This document shows positions 30,019 to 32,000 of a stretch of DNA of 32,000 nt, in pieces. The DNA is taken from NCBI RefSeq assembly GCF_000956175.1, contig NZ_CP011070.1:1078147-1110146 (forward strand). Direction: 5' to 3'. The stretch is from Nitrosopumilus adriaticus (GTDB taxonomy: Archaea; Thermoproteota; Nitrososphaeria; Nitrososphaerales; Nitrosopumilaceae). The first letter of the stretch is position 1. Every line of letters starts with the position of its first letter. The position numbers were made by a program, and so were the translations under genes. A model generated the notes under the pieces. The model had not been told where the DNA came from, ran no database searches, and worked only from the letters and a program-made list of their open reading frames with translations.

Positions 30019-32000
30019 TTCGTTAACGCCTGGTGGATCTGGTGCAAGGCCTTTTCTCTTTCTAATATCGGCAACTGCTGCAGATAACATAGATTTTGGA
30101 ACTTCAGTCCATTCCTTAAAGGAGGTGTTCCATGTTGCACGTCCTGCTGTCTGACCTCTCATTTCTTCAGATAATGTGAATGTTTCAGAAGCTGGAATCT
30201 CACCAGTGATGATACTTGATGCACCCTTTTGTGACATGTCAAGTACTTTGCCTCTCTTTCCAGAAAGAACTGTTGCGACGTTTCCAACCAAATCAGTAGG
30301 AACACGAACTTCAATAGCTAAAGTTGGCTCTAATACTGCAGTTCCCGCAGTTAGTAATGCGCCCATACATGCTCTACGAGAAGCAGGACCCAATTGTGAG
30401 AGTCCTCTGTGAGCTGTGTCTTCATGAGGAACAAAGTGAGTAAAGATAAACTTGCAATCCCTCATCTGTTCTTTACAGAGAGGTCCTTCCTTCATTACTT
30501 CTTCAAATCCAGAATTGATTGAATCAGTTGATTCCTGTACAAACTGCACACCCTTAGTTCCGTTAATCAAAACATTTCCACGAGAATCAAATTTCATAAC
30601 CCTCTTAATTGTATCAGTATCCCATCCAGCTTTCTTTAGTAGTTCTGCAACAACCTTCTTGTCTTTCATGTCACTGATTTCACCAGTTCTTAGCATGTGA
30701 GCAATTTCAGGCTCTAGTGGTTCTACTTTCATGAAAATTTTATTGTGTCTGTTTGGAGATTTTGCCATAATTGGTTCACATGGACCCTTAACAGTTTCTC
30801 TATAGTTAATCAAAGGTTCAGATGTTACAATTTCACATTTTGCATCTTGAATTCTATGTGTAGCAACATCAAGATGTAAAACTCCCATTCCCGCAACAAT
30901 TGTCTCACCACTTTCCTCATCGATTTTGACGATAAGGTTTGGATCTTCAATTGTTAATTGCTTAAGAATTTCAACAAGTTTAGGTAAATCTTTAGGATGC
31001 TTTGGCTCTATTGCAATTTGAACTACAGGTTCTGAGACATAGTGAACTCCTTCAAACATTGGAATATCTTTAATAGATGATAAAGTATTTCCTGCCCTAG
31101 CTTCAGTTAATCCAAGTAATGCAGGAATGTTTCCAGCTCCGAGTTCTCCGACTTGTTCTCTTTGGTTACCCATAAAGAAATTTACAGATTGTACACGTCC
31201 CTCTCTTTTTGCATCAATAATGTTAATTGTTTGTCCGTCTTTGATTTTTCCTGAAAATAATCTACCAATAGCAACAGGACCAGCTGCAGGATCTAACACC
31301 ATGTTTACAATCATCATAATTGTTGGACCTTCATCACTGCATGCAAGCAATGCTTTTCCAACATCAGATTCCAAATCACCTTTCCAAATTTGAGGAATCC
31401 TATATTTTACGGCTTCATGTGGTGCTGGATGATGTTTTACAACCATTCCAAGTACTGCATCAGCTAGTGGTGCTTTTTCTACTAACTCTTCAACTTTTTC
31501 ATTTTCATATGCATCAATGACGTCTTTAAATGAAATTCCACGCTCTTTCATCAAATCAAGATTAATTGCCCATCTATCCTTTGCAGAGCCAAATGTTACA
31601 CTTGCATCTTGGATTGATACTTTCCATTTTTCTTTGTATTCAGGTTCTGCATATGTGTCAATTAACTGATTAAAGTTTGATACAACATCTGCTAATTGCT
31701 GTTGCATTTTTTCAGGAGTTAATCTTAGTTCTTTGATGAGTCTATCAACTTTGTTGATAAACAAAACAGGTTTTACACGTTCTTCAAGAGCCATTCTTGT
31801 TACAGTTTCAGTCTGAGTCATAATTCCTTCAACTGCATCACATACTACAACTGCACCGTCAATTGCTCTGAGGCTTCGAATAACCCTTCCACTAAAATCT
31901 ACGTGTCCAGGAGTATCAATCATGTTTATGACATACTCTTTATCATTTTTTGAAAAGTGTAATGTGACATTTGCTTGGTAAATTGTAATTCCTCTTGCTT
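30001..32000 (-). CDS. fusA: translation elongation factor aEF-2 (5' end beyond window)
   Basis: The track ORF starts at an internal Met (MIDTPGHVDF). My translation upstream stays open to 32000 (..ARGITIYQANVTLHFSKNDKEYVIN-MIDTPGHVDF, the G2/G3 GTPase motifs). NKVDR is the G4 motif, and a diphthamide-site-like HEDTAHRG is present. The gene is visibly less AT-rich than the inserts. Confidence 0.95.
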   Translation of the reverse strand, partial: ARGITIYQANVTLHFSKNDKEYVINMIDTPGHVDFSGRVIRSLRAIDGAVVVCDAVEGIMTQTETVTRMALEERVKPVLFINKVDRLIKELRLTPEKMQQQLADVVSNFNQLIDTYAEPEYKEKWKVSIQDASVTFGSAKDRWAINLDLMKERGISFKDVIDAYENEKVEELVEKAPLADAVLGMVVKHHPAPHEAVKYRIPQIWKGDLESDVGKALLACSDEGPTIMMIVNMVLDPAAGPVAIGRLFSGKIKDGQTINIIDAKREGRVQSVNFFMGNQREQVGELGAGNIPALLGLTEARAGNTLSSIKDIPMFEGVHYVSEPVVQIAIEPKHPKDLPKLVEILKQLTIEDPNLIVKIDEESGETIVAGMGVLHLDVATHRIQDAKCEIVTSEPLINYRETVKGPCEPIMAKSPNRHNKIFMKVEPLEPEIAHMLRTGEISDMKDKKVVAELLKKAGWDTDTIKRVMKFDSRGNVLINGTKGVQFVQESTDSINSGFEEVMKEGPLCKEQMRDCKFIFTHFVPHEDTAHRGLSQLGPASRRACMGALLTAGTAVLEPTLAIEVRVPTDLVGNVATVLSGKRGKVLDMSQKGASSIITGEIPASETFTLSEEMRGQTAGRATWNTSFKEWTEVPKSMLSAAVADIRKRKGLAPDPPGVNEFIDKE

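Noticed and set aside
30176-31520. ORFs 30176..30412, 30452..30700, 31127..31393 and 31320..31520 on the plus strand
   Set aside because: All are antisense to the unambiguous aEF-2 coding sequence.

Overview
AT-rich archaeal window. Composition, an archaeal aEF-2 gene, an intron-containing tRNA and the gene content suggest a Nitrosopumilus-like thaumarchaeon (inference). All functional calls rest on motif recognition by eye and hand alignment; nothing was verified by a database search. The right edge holds most of the aEF-2 gene (minus strand, 30001..32000; the N-terminus lies beyond the window). Directly behind its stop codon sits an intact ~13.1 kb family-1-type casposon (16903..29999). It has a Cas1/casposase (28576..29631), a protein-primed family B DNA polymerase (20069..21853) and terminal inverted repeats that are perfect over 36-39 nt and extend to ~47 nt with two mismatches. 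A 21-nt direct repeat (TTTTTACTCTTTATCAATAAA) duplicates the last five codons plus stop of aEF-2. A second ~14 kb element (about 2.5..16.9 kb) lies immediately to the left and shares the middle copy of that repeat. It has a homologous pPolB module (4215..6665) and a casposon-like right terminus (GTAAACGGGGGGC...) but no Cas1. Next to that terminus it carries a tyrosine recombinase (15608..16780) and an intron-containing tRNA(CAU) (15480..15594), and this pair is bracketed by a 23-nt direct repeat. This Cas1-less element also carries a run of nuclease genes typical of defence islands: OLD-family ATPase-Toprim, SRA-like/HNH, PD-(D/E)xK-like and NERD. Casposon cargo includes a DNA methyltransferase, an apparently frameshifted Cas4-like nuclease, an AAA+ ATPase, an Mrr_N wHTH fused to a nucleotidyl-cyclase-like domain, and a membrane protein plus HEPN-like pair. 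Dense iteron-like repeat arrays lie next to its pPolB. I found no CRISPR array and no rRNA.
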